Below are positions 1-13,189 of a stretch of DNA of 64,000 bases, piece after piece. Source of the DNA: Raillietiella orientalis (Eukaryota); NCBI GenBank assembly GCA_036172245.1, contig JAYWIR010000014.1, forward strand, positions 3,100,001-3,164,000. Reading direction: 5' to 3'. A program made the translations under genes and the position numbers. Below the pieces are notes generated by a model, which saw nothing but the letters and a program-made list of their open reading frames with translations, searched no databases and was not told the origin of the DNA. Within the stretch, counting starts at the first letter, position 1. Every line of letters begins with the position of its first letter.

Positions 1-879
1 GCATGTTTGCTAGGGCGAACTGACGGCGCACTTGGCTCGATCGCGGCGGCCATTTGTCGACTGCTGCGTTCGGTTAGCGAAGTGATCGTGAGAAATGGGT
101 TTTGACGGGAATCGCTTCCCAAGTTTACAGGATGCAGGAGGCGTTAATGATTAGGGAAGACCGGGAACAATAAACAGCGAAAAACGGGGCAGGAGAAGAC
201 GACGACGACGAAGAAGAAAAAAAACAGAAACAGGAGTACACGCGCGCACACACCAAAAAGTTCATCCAATAAAACACTCAAAGTTCTGTCGACAAGTCCA
301 AACTTCGGGAAGTCTCAGGGATTAAACAAAGAACTTTTGGGAGAGAACAAGGGGAGGAGGGGAGGAGAAGTTCTGCGGTCCAAGCATGAAGAATGGAAAG
401 TCTCTCGAAGATCCGTCAGAAACACGCACGCACGCACGCAAGCACGCACGCACACGGAACACGTGTTCTGGCCCGTCAGGAAGGGCTAAAATTCCGAAAA
501 TCGAGTGCTCCTGCAGGGATGGGCGCTCCGAACGTGGGAAGGGATCTCAAGTAGACCTCGTGGAGCCGTGGGGGGGGGGGGGGGGGGAGGAAGGCCGCTT
601 GCAACCCTCCCCTCCTCCTCCCTCTTCTCAGACAGGGGAACACACAGGGAATCTAATTCAAGCTGGAAATCAAAAACTTTATCTTCCAAGAGTAAATTGC
701 TTTTCCTGGACAGAAGTAAACAAATGTAAGAGAGAAGGAGAGAGAGAGTGGGGGGGAGGAGGTGATTTTTTCCCTTCCTCCCCCCCCCACCCTTCTTTCC
801 TCCCCCCCTCTGGACGCCTCTTGCAATCGAAGCAGCCCAAGAAACTGCCACTTCTAATTCCAGATGAACACGGGCGAAA

Positions 880-3520
880 TAATGCGAGGGAGATCCTGCA
901 GTCTTCCCCGGATAATTCGGGAAGATTATGGCGATTCCTGCTATCAGCACGGGAGGAAATGCATCTGGGCTAAGCCGCGTTCCTCCTCCTCCTCTCCTGG
1001 AATCGATACGCGCGGCATCGATCAGTGCCTCCGAGAAGACCGCAAATTGCTTACAGCAAATTGAATCGAAATCGCTGCACAGGGGCCGCCCGGTTCCCGG
1101 TCGTCAAGGTAGCGTCCGCTCGCAGCGGCGGCGTCCGGAGCGACGTTAGCTGCTCGCTCCGGAGGAAGAAGCTTCCGGACGACGGGCGGCGCTCTTGGAG
1201 AAGGAATTCCCGAGGGCATGTTTGGAGCCCGCTCATCCGGAGGAAATGTCGCCCCCGGCTCGACTGTGGATCCTCAGCAGGTCTCCCGGGAAACCCGGGA
1301 GCTGCGAGGGGTGGTGGTCCTCCCGCTGCTGCTCTAGCCTCGAGCCTCAAAGCGGACAAGGAAGGCCCTCTCTCTCCTGGCAGCCAGCGGGGGACGCTCG
1401 GGAGAGTTGGAAGTGACTTCAGAGGTCGAGGACGGCACCTGCACTCGCGACGACCCCTTTCGGAGAGAGAGAAGGGTGGAGCTCCACCCAATGGGATGTG
1501 CCACGACCCACGAAGACGAGGATAAATGAAGAGCATCAGTGGGGAAAATCCTGGGGCACGGCGGCACGACCGGCGTGGGCGATTCCTCGAGCGGATGAAC
1601 CACCGAAGGTATTGGAGCCTCCAGGCAGCGGGAAGGCTGGCCCGGCGGCGGCAGGGAGAGGGGGAGAGGGACAGAGAAACCTTGAGGGCACCCACCACCT
1701 GCTCGAGGAAGGAAGAGGAAATTTCTGGGATTCGACTGGAGTGCATCTTCGCAGAAAAGATCTCTCCAGGTTCACACTGGGATCCGGAAAGGGGATCTTT
1801 TCTGCGAGTACCTCACGTGGGATCGCGGATCTGATTCTCTGTTCCAGGGCGCGGCACGGCAGCACTCAGTCGGAGAGTTCCCGAAAGTCCTGTGTTCCAG
1901 AAGCTCTTTGGGAACGATTGAGCTGCCGAAGGGTCAGACGGGGGGCGGAAGAGCTCGAAGCGGGCACCTGCATTTTCAGCCAACGGGGTCGACGGGCGTC
2001 ATTCCCTCCCTTTCTGACGTGAAGCGTAGGAGCGAAGGAGGGTCGTGGATCTCCGGACCGACAGAGCACCGAGTAGGAGAGACCCCGACGGCTCCGTCCC
2101 ATCTCCGAAGCAGGTCGCCGACCGGGCTTCGGTCGAGCGAGCATGAGAGGAGTGCAGAAGCCTCCCCTTCTTCTCCCCGGGAAAGTCTCTCCCTCTTCCT
2201 TCCCCCTCCCCCTTCCCCAGCGGCCACACTCTTCCCTCTTCGCATTCTGGCCACCGACGCCGCTGCTGCTTCCCACCCGCTGGAATGGCTGGCTCGGCTT
2301 CCCACGCCGGACGTTCGCACGTTCCTTAGCAACCCGCGTTCCGTCTCCGCACACGCGCGCGCGCGCTCACGGCGTGTGCATCCACGGAAACGTCAAGTTC
2401 GCAGCCCGTTGGACTTGCGGAAGCGAACGGCGAGGCTGCGGTTCATCAGTTGCTTCATCCCATCGTCGTTCACTGCTCTTCCCGTCTCGCTCGGGAGCTT
2501 CCCTTTCTTGAGCCTCTGGAACTCCCGCCTTCAGCTTCGGGCGGGGGGAGGAAAGAGCGCGCCCTGTGACTCGGGGGGGGGGGGGAGTCAACGAATCCAC
2601 CTCGGGTTTTCCCCCTTTCTCGGGGCGCGGTTCCCCTCCCGTTTCCGGAACATCCCTGTCGCCTGACTCGTCCAGTTCCTTCCTCGCCTCACCGGTCCAG
2701 GCGGTGTGCCTCCAGTCTGATGGCCCCTTTGACTCCCGTGACTGCGCCAAAGAGCATCTGATTCGAGCTCATGGCGTGGGGAGGAAGACCAGAGGGGTGT
2801 CCCGTGCTCCCTTCCACGAGTCCCTTTCCTGAGGGTTTCCTCCCTCTTCCAGCCCCAGGGGCGTCCAGCTTTATCGCGGGACAGAGGGAAGGAGGCAGCA
2901 GAGAAGGAAGTACTACCACCACTAGTCGTCCTGGGCGACCCGGATACTGGGTCCTCTTTCCAGGAACACTTTCGAGAGTCTGAGACCAGCGGAGCAGCCG
3001 AAGACATCCGACCTTCCGGGGGCTCCTGGGCTCCCCCGCCTCTGCGGCCCCGTCCCGGAGCGCCCTAACAGCTGGACGTACCGAATTTCGGTAATGCGGC
3101 GCGTGCGAGGGGATGCAACCCCGACCTCGGTTCGATGCTCGGCCAGCGTCCTATCAGAGGGTGCTCGCGGCGTTTCCGGGGAAGGTACGTTCCTCTTGTG
3201 CTCAGCCTCCTCCATCGGTGCTCCGCTCGCATACCACCGCCCCGTCGCTCCTCCCTAAACGCTGATTAAATTTGCTCCGGGCTACGAAAACAGGAAAAAG
3301 GTCCGTGTCAGCTCTGTGCATCCCGAGGCAGTTCTTTGACCTCTGGAGCTATCCGGGGCTCTCGCCCGCCGATCGGCCTCCCGCGGACGAAAGTTGGACC
3401 TGAAGGCGAGATGCCAGCCTGCCGTGAGTCTTCGGCCATCGCCAGCTTCCCAAGTCTCGACGACTGGGAGGAACCTCTCTGTGCCCTCCTGGGTGCTCAG
3501 ACGATTTCTCTTGCCGCCTG
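880..3520 (+). mobile_element. Fossil LINE ORF2 (CR1/L2-like), linker through RT to C-terminus
   Basis: Collinear degenerate motifs across frames: PDNSGRLWRFL, RLDCGSSAGLPGNP (KxxGPDGI), ESWK, HDRRGRFLERMN, KDLSRF (DLSKAF), EGGSWISGPT (PQGSILGP), ILATDA (LFADD), SRPGRPGY (VRPxLEY), SFPSLDDWEEP (FFPxxxxxWNxLP). Confidence 0.6.
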
Positions 3521-3839
3521 GCCAACGAGCGACGGCGGCCAGTTGGGACCTGCCCTCGTCTTCAGCATCCAACGTGGAGGCGCGCTCGCGTCTGCGACGC
3601 TGGAGAGGAGAGAGGTTTGGGGGAGAGGAAGGGTGCTTTCACTCCAATCTAGGGGACCTCCCGACCTAGGGTGTTCGGAGGCGAGTGACGCGCGAGAAGG
3701 ACCACCCTCACACAGGGACACCACCCCCGTCGTGGTTTCGCTGAGTGAGGCACAGAGGGGGAGACCCGGCTGTTGAGGCGGCTGCTTGGTGCGCTCCTCC
3801 CTTGGAGGGGCACCAAGTAGGGTGGGAGTCTCGTTGGGT

Positions 3840-5020
3840 GCCAGAGAGTGGGCGTCATCTCCCCAGGGGGCACGGTCACCGGCTTTGCCTGTGGTTCCAC
3901 TGCCGCTCTTCGCTGGCGTGTCGAAGCTTGCGGAGAGGGATGTCCCTAGCTGACAGAGGCAGAGAAGCGCGATGGATGTCCAGAGGAGGAAGCGGAGTGG
4001 CAGCACCAGCAGCGCCACCAGACACGAGGGGAGTCAGTGAAGGAGCAGCAGCGAGGGAGGCGCCATCCTCCGAGAAGAAAGAGAAGAAAGGCACCGTTTG
4101 CAAGATGTAGGGGAAACGAAGACGAAGAAAGAAAGACCATCTCTCATCCATCTGGAAACCAATGTCCTCTGTTGTTCCTGGCAACTGGGACGGTGGAGAG
4201 GTGGCTCCACGCAAGTGCATGTGGGAGCCTAGGAATTCTCTGCAAGCGTCCAGAAGTCCCCCCAGCACAGATCAGATCCGTCAGAGACCGAGGAAGGAGA
4301 GAGCGACATCAGTATTGCTGTGGCTGGTCGGATTGACTTGGGAACGATGCTCGTATTCGTCCCTACCCATGCTGGTGTTCGCCCAGACGAAGCATCCGGT
4401 CGCCATGATTTGTTGAGTGCACGGTTTTCCCATGTCATGAGTAATCAGTCGTTCGCTGAGACCCGAACCCGAGGTGTTGACCTTTTTCCATCTGCCCAGA
4501 AGCGACCGCAGCATAAAAACTCCGATGGCTACAGCTGGAAAGTGAGAAAGAAGTGCCTACCGGCAACAGAAGCCGCTGCCTCCGCGGCCTGAGAGCCGCG
4601 GAGGTAGAAAGAGGTCTGAAGCAGGAAGATCGCTTCCGCATCTTCTTCTTTCAGGAGGATATCTGCCGGAGGGCAAATGAGATCGTCCATCTAGCTGCGG
4701 TGCGGCGGTTCGTTCCCTCCCGTAGCCAACGGCGTGTCATCACTGTCGGAGAGCGACGAGAGGGTCCCGCGCGTTGCGAGACCCGCCGAGCATGCGCTGA
4801 AAAGGGAAGGAGGAGAGGGATCAGGGAAGGGATCGATCCCCCTGAGCCTCCCTTCCTGGAAGGGGTCCTCGAGGAAGAGACTCTCCCTGTCTGATACCCC
4901 CGAAGTGTCTCCTCCCGAGCGTCCTCTTTCCCCTAGGAAGTGTTCCTGCCTCCAGAGGGACCGCATTCTTTGGCACTTCTGGTGCCCCGGCCTTCTCCGC
5001 GGAGGGCAGAAGGAAAGAGG
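3840..5020 (+). mobile_element. Fossil I/R1-group LINE 3' part (RNase H and CCHC knuckle)
   Basis: EPRNSLQAS (DSxSALQAL), LVFVPTHAGVRPDEASG (WVPxHxGxxGNExAD), RVARPAEHAL (RLRxGH), PRKCSCLQRDRILWHFWCP. Confidence 0.55.
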
Positions 5021-5369
5021 CCCCTCCCGCGGTCAGCTGGAAGCGACTGACAGTGTTCCTGCGCACGACTCCTTCCGCCTCGTTTCCGGCTCTCCTCCTC
5101 TGCGCTTCGTGGGGGTGGAGATGAATCAGCGCAGAGAGGAGCCGCCGCCTCCCTTCCCTTATAGTCCTGCAGGAAGGAGGCCTCTGGCCTTGTCCCACCT
5201 TCCTCGGAAACCGCTCACGGGAATCGCCAGAGAAAGGCGCGTCTCTTCCTATCCTCGTTCACACCGCTCCCTCTCCTCTCCTTTCCTTTGCCAAAAGTCC
5301 ATCTCCCCGCAGGCCCTTCTCCCGATGCGGAGGTGCGTTGTCCTCGCGACCGTCTCTTCAGAGAGAGCA

Positions 5370-5680
5370 TGAAAGGGAAGACCGGAGGGGAGGAAGGAAG
5401 AGATAGGGCGCTCCAAAAGGATCCTGGGAGCTCTCCCCCCTTCCCTTGAGTGTGCTGCTCCTTCCCCTCCCCAGGAGTTGGTTGCAGGGGCGAGGGAACG
5501 TTCCGGCTCCGCCCCGGTGAGCGCCGAGCGCTACTAGTACTCCTCCTCCTGTGCACGGGAGTGGAGGCTCCAAGGAAAATGCGTTCCATAGGGGTCATCT
5601 GATGGGGGTGTGGGACAGCTTACCGAGAGATGCGGGTAGCTCCTCCTCTGCGGAGAGGTGGAGGAGGAAACCGTGTGACC
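5370..5680 (+). mobile_element. Fossil CR1-like LINE 3' end
   Basis: NAFHRGHLMGVWDSLPRDAGSSSSAERWRRK resembles NFFxxRVVxxWNxLPxxVVxxxSxxxFKxK. Confidence 0.5.
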
Positions 5681-6179
5681 TCCCGTCCGGTACAGCATCT
5701 TCGGATGCGTCGATCACGTCTCCCAGGTCCAGACCTTGTGAGACTGCTGCTTCCAACTAAAATTTTTCACCCGGCTTCTCCGGGGCGTTTATTTAAAAAC
5801 AAAATGAACATTTACAGTTTTTTGTGGATGGACTCGTGGGTTAACCACATCCTTTTCGTAGATACCCTGCCGTTTTACCGGTTCGCAGACCAGTGAGGTC
5901 CACCACGGCAGCAGAGGGGAGGGGTCAAACAAAAATAAAAATGAACAAAATAAAAATGAAACAATTTAGGGGGTACGGGAAGAGATCGCAGTATGCAAGG
6001 GGCGGGTCCCTGCATTCCTTAGAAGTTGTCGGCAAGGTCTTGTAGACGTCCAGGTGGGGACATCTGACCGTCATCCGTAAAAAGCGAAGAGCGAAATGGA
6101 TGGCGTCCCTGTCGTTGGCTCCTCTGTTGGCGTCGCTCTAAGCCGCCACGATCCCACGAAAGCAGGAAGTAAAGTGCTA

Positions 6180-6610
6180 CTAGGGATGCGGCCTGCCGGC
6201 ATGAGAGCGTCTCGCAGGAAGAGGCGCTTTAAACCGTCTCTCCCAGTAGCTCAACCCAGCGCAACAGTCCTCGAGGGAGGGCACTCGGGGTCACAGCATC
6301 CGTGAGCCGGCGCGTCGTCTACTCGCCCAGTCCTTTCCTCCTCCTGGAGGTGATCACACGAACCTCTCATCTAGCCGCAAGGCTGCTGCTCATGTGTTCC
6401 CTAAGGGAAGGCAGCGCGGCGGCGAGGGAGGTTCTGCTTGCCCACGCACTCCTCACGGGATCTTCCAGGATCTCCCGGAGCGTGCAGTTGTTGTTGCGCG
6501 CGTACAGGAAACATCACACCTGTTTCGCTCTTGCCTCCTGGATCCTCGCCCACGTGCGAACGACTCCCTGCAACCATCCACTATCGTTCCAACTAGGAGG
6601 GAGGTGGGAT
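6180..6610 (-). mobile_element. Fossil CR1-like LINE C-terminal fragment
   Basis: PSWND, ARAKQV*CFLYARN (KAxRxLGFLxRN), GLSYWERRFKAPLPARR (LSYEERLxxLxLxxLxxRR). Confidence 0.4.
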
Positions 6611-6699
6611 GCGTGTTGGGGGAGGGAAGGGCGAAGCCCTCGTTCCTGCTGCCTCCGAAACGTGCCCGCAAACGCTGCCGTGGGTCGGGAACGCCGCAC

Positions 6700-7000
6700 T
6701 TTCTTCTGAACGACCACTCTCTTTCATGACGAAGGTTGGAGGCGTTCCAGACCGTCGTCCCGTCCGCCGACCGTCGAGCACGCCGAATCCTGCGGACAGC
6801 TGGACCGACCTGACCACCCGCCTTGGGGATTCATCCTCCCCCTCCTCTTTGCTTATCGTCTGTTCCCTTTTTCCCGCCACCAGACGCGGAAGAGGAGAGA
6901 AGGCATCCTGCTCCTTCCTTCACGTGGCTCCATCAAGCTCGATCCCGGAATTGCACCTCGCGCTTCGCTTTCCCGGCATCTGTCCCGGGCTGAGCCTCCC
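6700..7000 (-). mobile_element. Possible fossil LINE AP-endonuclease fragment
   Basis: GKRSAR (GDFNAR), GFGVLDGRRTGRRSGTPPTF (LxILNGRxxGDxxGxxTF). Confidence 0.35.
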
Positions 7001-7429
7001 GGAAAAAGCAAAGGCCGGACGAGCATCCGTTTCCTCGGAGCTGCCTGCCGAACGCGCGCGGGCCGAGGGAGCAGCTTTGCGCGAGTGCGTATCGCTTCCC
7101 GTTCGTTTCTCCTTCCTGCCCTCCTCTTCTCTCTCCCCCTCTCCCTTTCCAGCTCGATGAGCCGCCGAGGGAGTCCCGTGGCGGCGGAGTCGGTAGGCTG
7201 TTCGCTTCCCTCTTCCCCCCTTCACGCATACCGCTCTCCGAATCCCCCCGTCTGGGGTGATGCGCATTCCAGAGGCCCCCTCGCGCGCGCGCCCTCTGCC
7301 CTCCTCTCCTTAATGTCTTTTTCCCCCTTTTCCCGCCCTCATCGAGGGCGCCGATGCGGAACGCGCGGGCTCTCCGGCAATTACGGAGGGGGAGCGGTGG
7401 AAGCGAAGGGGAGGAAGGGGGAGGAGCGA

Positions 7430-7850
7430 TGCGTCCCGAGACCTTCCTAACCGCCTGTGGCCCGCGCCGCTCTCCCTCGTGCCTGGGAAGGGTTGTCCTG
7501 TCTTCCCCGGCGCCCGTGGTCGCTCGCGTCAGGGAGGAACGCATCCTCCCCGGTGCCAGAAATCCGATCTTGGAGGGCACGTGCATGTTCCTCCCCCTGC
7601 TGCTGAGTCCCCACGTCCCTTCGTCCCGGAGGCGAGAGTCGCCTCCTCCCTCGGGGGAAGAAGCCAAGGATGGACACGCGTCCGTCGCTGGAGTTGAGTG
7701 TCCTCCCCCCCTCCTAACCCTCCCCCCGCTCCCTTCTCGCGCCCCCCGCGAGGGCACAGCACCCTCCTAGCCCCGGAGCCAAGTCCGAAGCTGTCGTCTT
7801 CCAGGGGCACCTCCGCAACGGCCGAGTTCCGTCGACGCGTCAAAGCCGAC
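7430..7850 (+). mobile_element. Fossil LINE RT fragment
   Basis: PSCLGRVV (SCLGKVL), EERILPGAR (ExxILPxxQ), EFRRRV. Confidence 0.4.
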
Positions 7851-8269
7851 CGCCGACGGCTGCGACCGGGGCACCCGCGCCCGCTCCCTCCTCGGTGGCG
7901 GCGATGACGACTACAGCAACCCTTTTTATTTCCAGGTGCTAAAAAGGCAAAAAAGAGGAATGTCCGGAGGGCACGGAAAGTGGCCTTTTCGGCGTCAAAG
8001 ACAGGTCTACCAAAAGGAGAGCCGCCGCGGCGGGCGAAGAGAACGAAAATGGCCGCCGCTTTGGCGGCTCCGGGGTCTATAAAAAAGAAAAAGGGGGAGG
8101 GGGAAGGGAAGAGGTGCACGCGCACGTGGAGATGAAGAGGGAGAGCAGCGATTCGCATGCTCCTCGTCCCTCATCGAGAAAGAAAGAACCGGGAAGCTGC
8201 AGCATGGGGAAAAGGAAAGGAGGACTGCAAGGAGGCCCCACTAGGGAAGGAGGGGAGGGGAGGTCACTG

Positions 8270-9556
8270 GGAGACTCCGGAAGGGAGAATTTTCGGGGTC
8301 GAGAGGGGTAGGGCTCTTCTCTTTGGCTGACCAACGGCGTGCACCCTCTGGGAGGGTAAAGTTTTTCCTCTGCGGGTTCCCATCCCACCCCTTCTTCCTC
8401 GAGGGTGCGTGAGGGAGGGGGGAGAGGCGAATGGAGACCTGCGCGTCCGCCCTGCAGCTCCTCCCTCCCCCTTCCCACCATCCCCAAGAGGCCAGGGATT
8501 TCTCCCGGCATTCTTCCACGAGCTCCCGAACGGCGCGAGGACAGAGCACCCTCCGCGTGGAGTTCTGCGTTTGTTCCAGGCGGGAAGACTTCTCCTTTCC
8601 CCTTCCCCACTATCTCTCCACCCCTTCTCCTCATCACTCCCGCGAGCATCCTCGTACACGTGCCTGCAGTTCCGTTCGGTCACGAGCAGCGGGGGAGGGC
8701 CAAGCACTGGCTCCTGGAGATGCGCGCGAGGCGCCTCCCGGCAGTTCCGGTTTCCTCCGCCCAGGATGGACGGCTGCCGACCCCGTCGGACGCAGCGGGT
8801 GGAATCGGGGTGCGCGTCGAATTCTCCCGGGAGAGGGAGCGTGGTCCCCTTCCTCCCTCTCCCGGGAAGCCGGCGTGCGGCCGACCGACCGCCTCAGCCC
8901 ATCCATCACCTCCGGAAAAGGGGCAGGGGGGGAGGCGGCCACAAGAAGAGGGGGTGAACAAAGAAAGGGGGAGGACGGTGGCTACGCGCGCGCATGTCAT
9001 CACCGTGATCATCATCGACCGGGCGCTCCCAGCAGGGTTCGCCGTTTGCCTCCCTGATTTAATGATCGACCCTCGCGCCGTCCGGAGCGCGGCGACAGCG
9101 CCCTCGGGAGGGAAGCCGCCGCTCCAAATTAGAAGGCGCGCTCTGGCGGGGGTAGTTTGGCGGGAAGCGAGGCAGCTGATGCAAGAGCCTCCTCCCCTCT
9201 CCTCTTCCCTCCCCCCCCCCCTTTCCTCCTATTGTCCACATCGTCGCCGTCCGCCATCCCTCTCCCCGCTTCTCCCGGCCCGACCGAGCGGAAAGGAGAC
9301 AGAAGGAAGGGAGGAGACACCGAGATACCGAAGGGGGGAATGCAAGAGGCTCCTCTTCCATGAAGAGGTCGACCTGGGAAACTATTTCTGGATGAGAGGG
9401 CGAAGAGAGGGGAGAGAGGTCGAAATTCCCGCCTGATTCTCGGAGGGCAGAGCGCTCCAAGCTGAAGGTCGAGGTGCAGGCGCGGAGTGAGCGCCTCACA
9501 GGGTCCTCGGTTGGAGTGGCAACGGGGTGCGGGACGAGGATTGTCCAGGGGACCAA
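8270..9556 (-). mobile_element. Fossil Ty3/Gypsy pol (RT to RNase H start)
   Basis: In order: VPW..SLRAC (SPW..RLC), VSQVDL (FSKxDL), RFPP..SAPSNLER (RMPFGLxxAPxxFQR), PVDDD (YxDD), GLLGMVG (SFLGM), GVGWEPAEE, YPSRPRKFSLPESPSD (PDxxxPFxLxTDAS). Confidence 0.7.
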
Positions 9557-10419
9557 GAGGAGATGATGAAGAGGAGGACGACGGAAAGGGGAAGGGAAGC
9601 GACGTCATCCACACTGGGCCACCGAAAGGTAAGGTAGGGGAGGGAGAGGGGAAAAAAGAGGGAGGAGGGAGGGAGCGCGAGCGCTGCCCGGTGCTCCTCG
9701 GAGTGCTCGCGGGAGAACAGACTGAGCGCAAGAGTCGAAGCACCCCGAATCCTGACTTGCCTCCGTCCCCGCTCCAGGAAAGGAGTGAGTAACAAGATCT
9801 TGGCCCGGCCTAGAGGTCACAGGAAGAAGGATGCTACGTCTAAAAGGAAGCGATCTCCGCTGCAAACTGCAGGCGGGCAAGGATCGCAGAGGCCGGCAAC
9901 GAGGGAGCTGTGGACGCGATCCCATGATCTCCTGGCCTACTAAGCGAACTTTCCCCGCGAAAGTTCAGGTGTTGCGCGGGCAGAGCAGATTAGGGAGGGA
10001 GAAGGGAGGAGGGGGAGAGAGGGTGAAAGATGGGCGGTTCAGGGAACTCCTGGCGTTGGGAAGGCACGTTCCTCTTGCCACTCGCACGCTCCTAGGGTCG
10101 AGGTCATCCAGAAGTTCCCACAACCTCTGCTTTTCCCTTTCAAGGAATCGACTCGCACGCGGGAGGCATTTTCGTGAGCTGCGCTCGTGTGCTCACGAGT
10201 GACCTACCCCATGACCACGTTGCCGCCAGGGTTCCAGATGCCTCTGTCCCACTTTCTGGAGGGAGCGGTGTCGGAAACCGTGCGACTGGGGACGGTCAAG
10301 TGACCCCGAGTTCCTCCTTCGCGCTGCTGTGGGTGGCAGCTGGAAGGTCGTCGTGGGTCTTTTGTCTTTCGGCCTCGTTTCGGGTGCGGGGAAGTAGGAA
10401 AAGAAACGGCAAAGAAAGA

Positions 10420-11440
10420 AGGAACTCCAGGGGACGGTGCCGGGTACCGAAGAGGGCGTGGTCGCTCGCCCTGGAGAGAAAGTTCTCTTCTTCCTGGCTG
10501 GAGGTTCTCGGAAGGGGAAGGTGGCGGTGCTGCCACCCCAAGGCACCGCAGTGCCTCCCGAGCTCCCTGAGAGTCTTTGATGAACGGTCTTTGAAGTCTT
10601 TGAAGCTCTGCCCGCAGCCCACCCAACTCATGAGAGTTCCCCTCCTGGGAAATCCCTTTCGCGCCTACGAGGGATCCTGACCGCGTAGGCGCGCGAGAAG
10701 GACCGGAGGATGGTCCTCTCAGCGTCACGGATGCTTCCCGATGTGGTGGAGGAGCTCCTCGTGGTGCGGGAGACGGGTGAAGGGAGCGACGACGACTTCC
10801 AGGAGTCTCCGTCGCGCGATCCTCGGACCGGCCAGGGAGAGAGAGGTAGCGGCAGAGCAGCAGCAACAACAGCGAGAAGGCCTTTGGGTGTGGAACGGGA
10901 AAGAGGTGTCCGCACGCAGCCAAGCAGGGGCGCGAAGGAGGGGGGCTGTCATGCGTCTGCCACAACATGGGAGGCCGCGTAGCTCCGCGCCTGTGAGCGG
11001 GGTGTGAGAATGAAAGGCCAGATGGGGAGGTCGGGGAGCGGGAACCGGCGCTCGTCAGGACCTTTTCGCGGGAAATGTCCTCCCTCCCAGGCGCACGAAA
11101 GCGTGAGGCCTCGCCCCGGACCTGCGCCGCCAATGCTCGCGGCCATAGCCTGGACGCCAGCTTGAGTCATTCACCGGCCGCACGCACGCCAACGAAGCAG
11201 CAAGGGGAGAAGATCGCCGCCATCCATCATCCGATTCCCTCTTGCCGCGTTTGTTCCACTTTCCCACCCTCCCTGACGAGGGGGCCTACTTTGAAGACAA
11301 CCCACCCGACAAGTGGTAGAGCCACAAGGAGGAGAGTGAGATGAAAAAGAGGAGGGACGGGGAGAAGAATCAGAGGAGGAGCAGGAAGAGGAGGTGAAGA
11401 AGCAGAGACCGGTGGGGCATCCTGAAATTTAGGAGCGACG
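10420..11440 (-). mobile_element. Fossil Penelope-like element, 3' half (RT thumb and GIY-YIG endonuclease)
   Basis: HRSL/FFT (HPSLxFT), LPLVG (LPFLD), RPVNDSSWRP (RYLNxxSxHP), YLSLP, AVRIP, GCGQSFKDFKDRSSKTLREL (CxxxYIGQTxRxLxTRxxEH), QEEENFLSRASDHALF. Confidence 0.6.
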
Positions 11441-12498
11441 GGGGAAACAAATCAGCAGTTGCAGATCATTTGCTAAATAATGGGTGTCAGGACCAGCCTC
11501 GGAGCGGAGGGAGAGGAGGAGGAGGCAAAAGACAAAAAGACCCTCCTCCAGATCCGGGGCTCCCTCAGGACGCGCGAGCAGCCGGCCTGCGTCTCGAGAA
11601 CTCGTCTCCCCCCCCTCCCCCGCCTTCCCTCTCTCCCTCTCTTCGAGCTTCTGATTTGGAAAGACGGATGGTGGAAGCCCCCTGATTAAAGCCAAGCAGC
11701 GGAGCAGAAGAGGGCCGCAGAATTAGCGTGGGCATTTTTCAAATTAGGAGCACAGGAAGAGGGGCTGCTTGTGAATCACCGGAGACTCCTTTTATAGGCG
11801 AATGCGCGCCGCCGTCGTGGGTTGTCTGGAGGGAGAGAGAGACCCTCGGGATGGCTGCGGGCTGGAGCTATCCGAGCCAGAAGGACGGAGGCCTCGCGCG
11901 CGCACTCGCTGGGCGAGACAGCCGCGGATTCGGTCACGTCCCCGGCGCCAGACTTTCGCCGGCCTTCCTCCAGGTTTCGCTGCCGCGAGAGAGAAAAGGC
12001 AGGGTGGAGAGGGGGAGAAGGGAGAAATCCCCCATCCGCGTCCTGTCGAGAGGAGGAAGGAACTCGGTTTGCGGAAGGAACGTGCAAAGTGCCCGAAGGG
12101 GCGAGAGGCCCAGGAGGCAGCGACCGTGCTTCCCTCTCGGACGCCACACGTTGGCCCCGGACGGGACAGCACCGCCGCGAACCCCCTGGCGGTCGGGGCA
12201 TGCGGTAGCGCCCCCCCTCCCCCCGCGCGCCGCGAGGGAGAGCGCCAGGCGCTGCTCGCCAGCAGGGGAGCATCCGCGAGGCGGGACGTCGAGCGGCCCT
12301 TTCCTGAGCAGGGCGGCCGGCACGCGAACCGCTTCGTCCCGCCACGTCCCTCGCCCGCAGGGCGCGACCAAGGGCGCGGCGCGGAAGCGCGGAGGGAATG
12401 CCTCTCTTCCAGGTTCCGGGAGAGCGAGCGAGGGCGCGCCCGGACTCCAGCCGGACCGTGGAATCCCCCCGAACTGCAGCGCACCCCGCCGAACAGCT

Positions 12499-12525
12499 GC
12501 CGCCGCCGCCGCCGCCGCCGCCGCC
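12499..12525. repeat. (GCC)9 microsatellite
   Basis: Direct read. Confidence 0.95.
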
Positions 12526-13189
12526 TGTGCCCTGCCGAAGCCGGTCGAGCGCCGTCGCCACCTGACGCCACCTGCTCCTGGTCCTGCCTTCCTTCGCTCG
12601 CGCGCACCCTGACGCAACGCGTGCGCGCAGACGCTCCTATCAATTCGGCATTCCTTCTTTCTCTTCCCTCCCCCCTCTCCTTCCCCTCACGCCACTTCAG
12701 CGCCCGCCTTAACCTGGAAATGCGCGTGCGCACGCGGCGACGGCGCTTGTTCCGGTACGTTCCCTCTTCTTCTTCCGCCCGGGGAAGGCAGGAAGAGCGG
12801 CTCCCGCTCCTTCTCCTCTCGCTCTCCCCGTGGGCGCGCGCGCGCTTCCAGCCCGTGTCCAGGGGAAGGCACCGCGAACCTCGCCCTCCGGAGCGGAGCG
12901 ACCTTCCTCCCCCCGCTTGTGTCCCCTCGCGCGTGCTACGCTCCGCCGGTGCAGGGGCGACGGCAACGGCGACGCCCCTGACGCTGCGGGTCGCCGGCTG
13001 CGGCCGGGCGCGGAGCTCCTGAGGGCGACTGCCAGCGCGGCAGAGAGGGAGAAGGCCGTTCGGCGTGAGGCTGGGCGACGGCGAAGAAGGGCGGGAAAAG
13101 GAAAGGGATGATGATGACGGAGGGAGGGAGCGAGGAGGGAGACGCAAAGGGGTGGTGCCGCTGACGACGAGGAGCAGGAAGGGGAAAGA

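Noticed and set aside
8046..8086. YY1-like AAAATGGCCGCC plus TATAAAA as a promoter
   Set aside because: Short motifs merging into an A-run, with no initiator or downstream exon evident
9830..10000. Gypsy protease remnant (CKLQAG, RLGRE)
   Set aside because: Only two weak motifs, and on the opposite strand to the adjacent Gypsy RT
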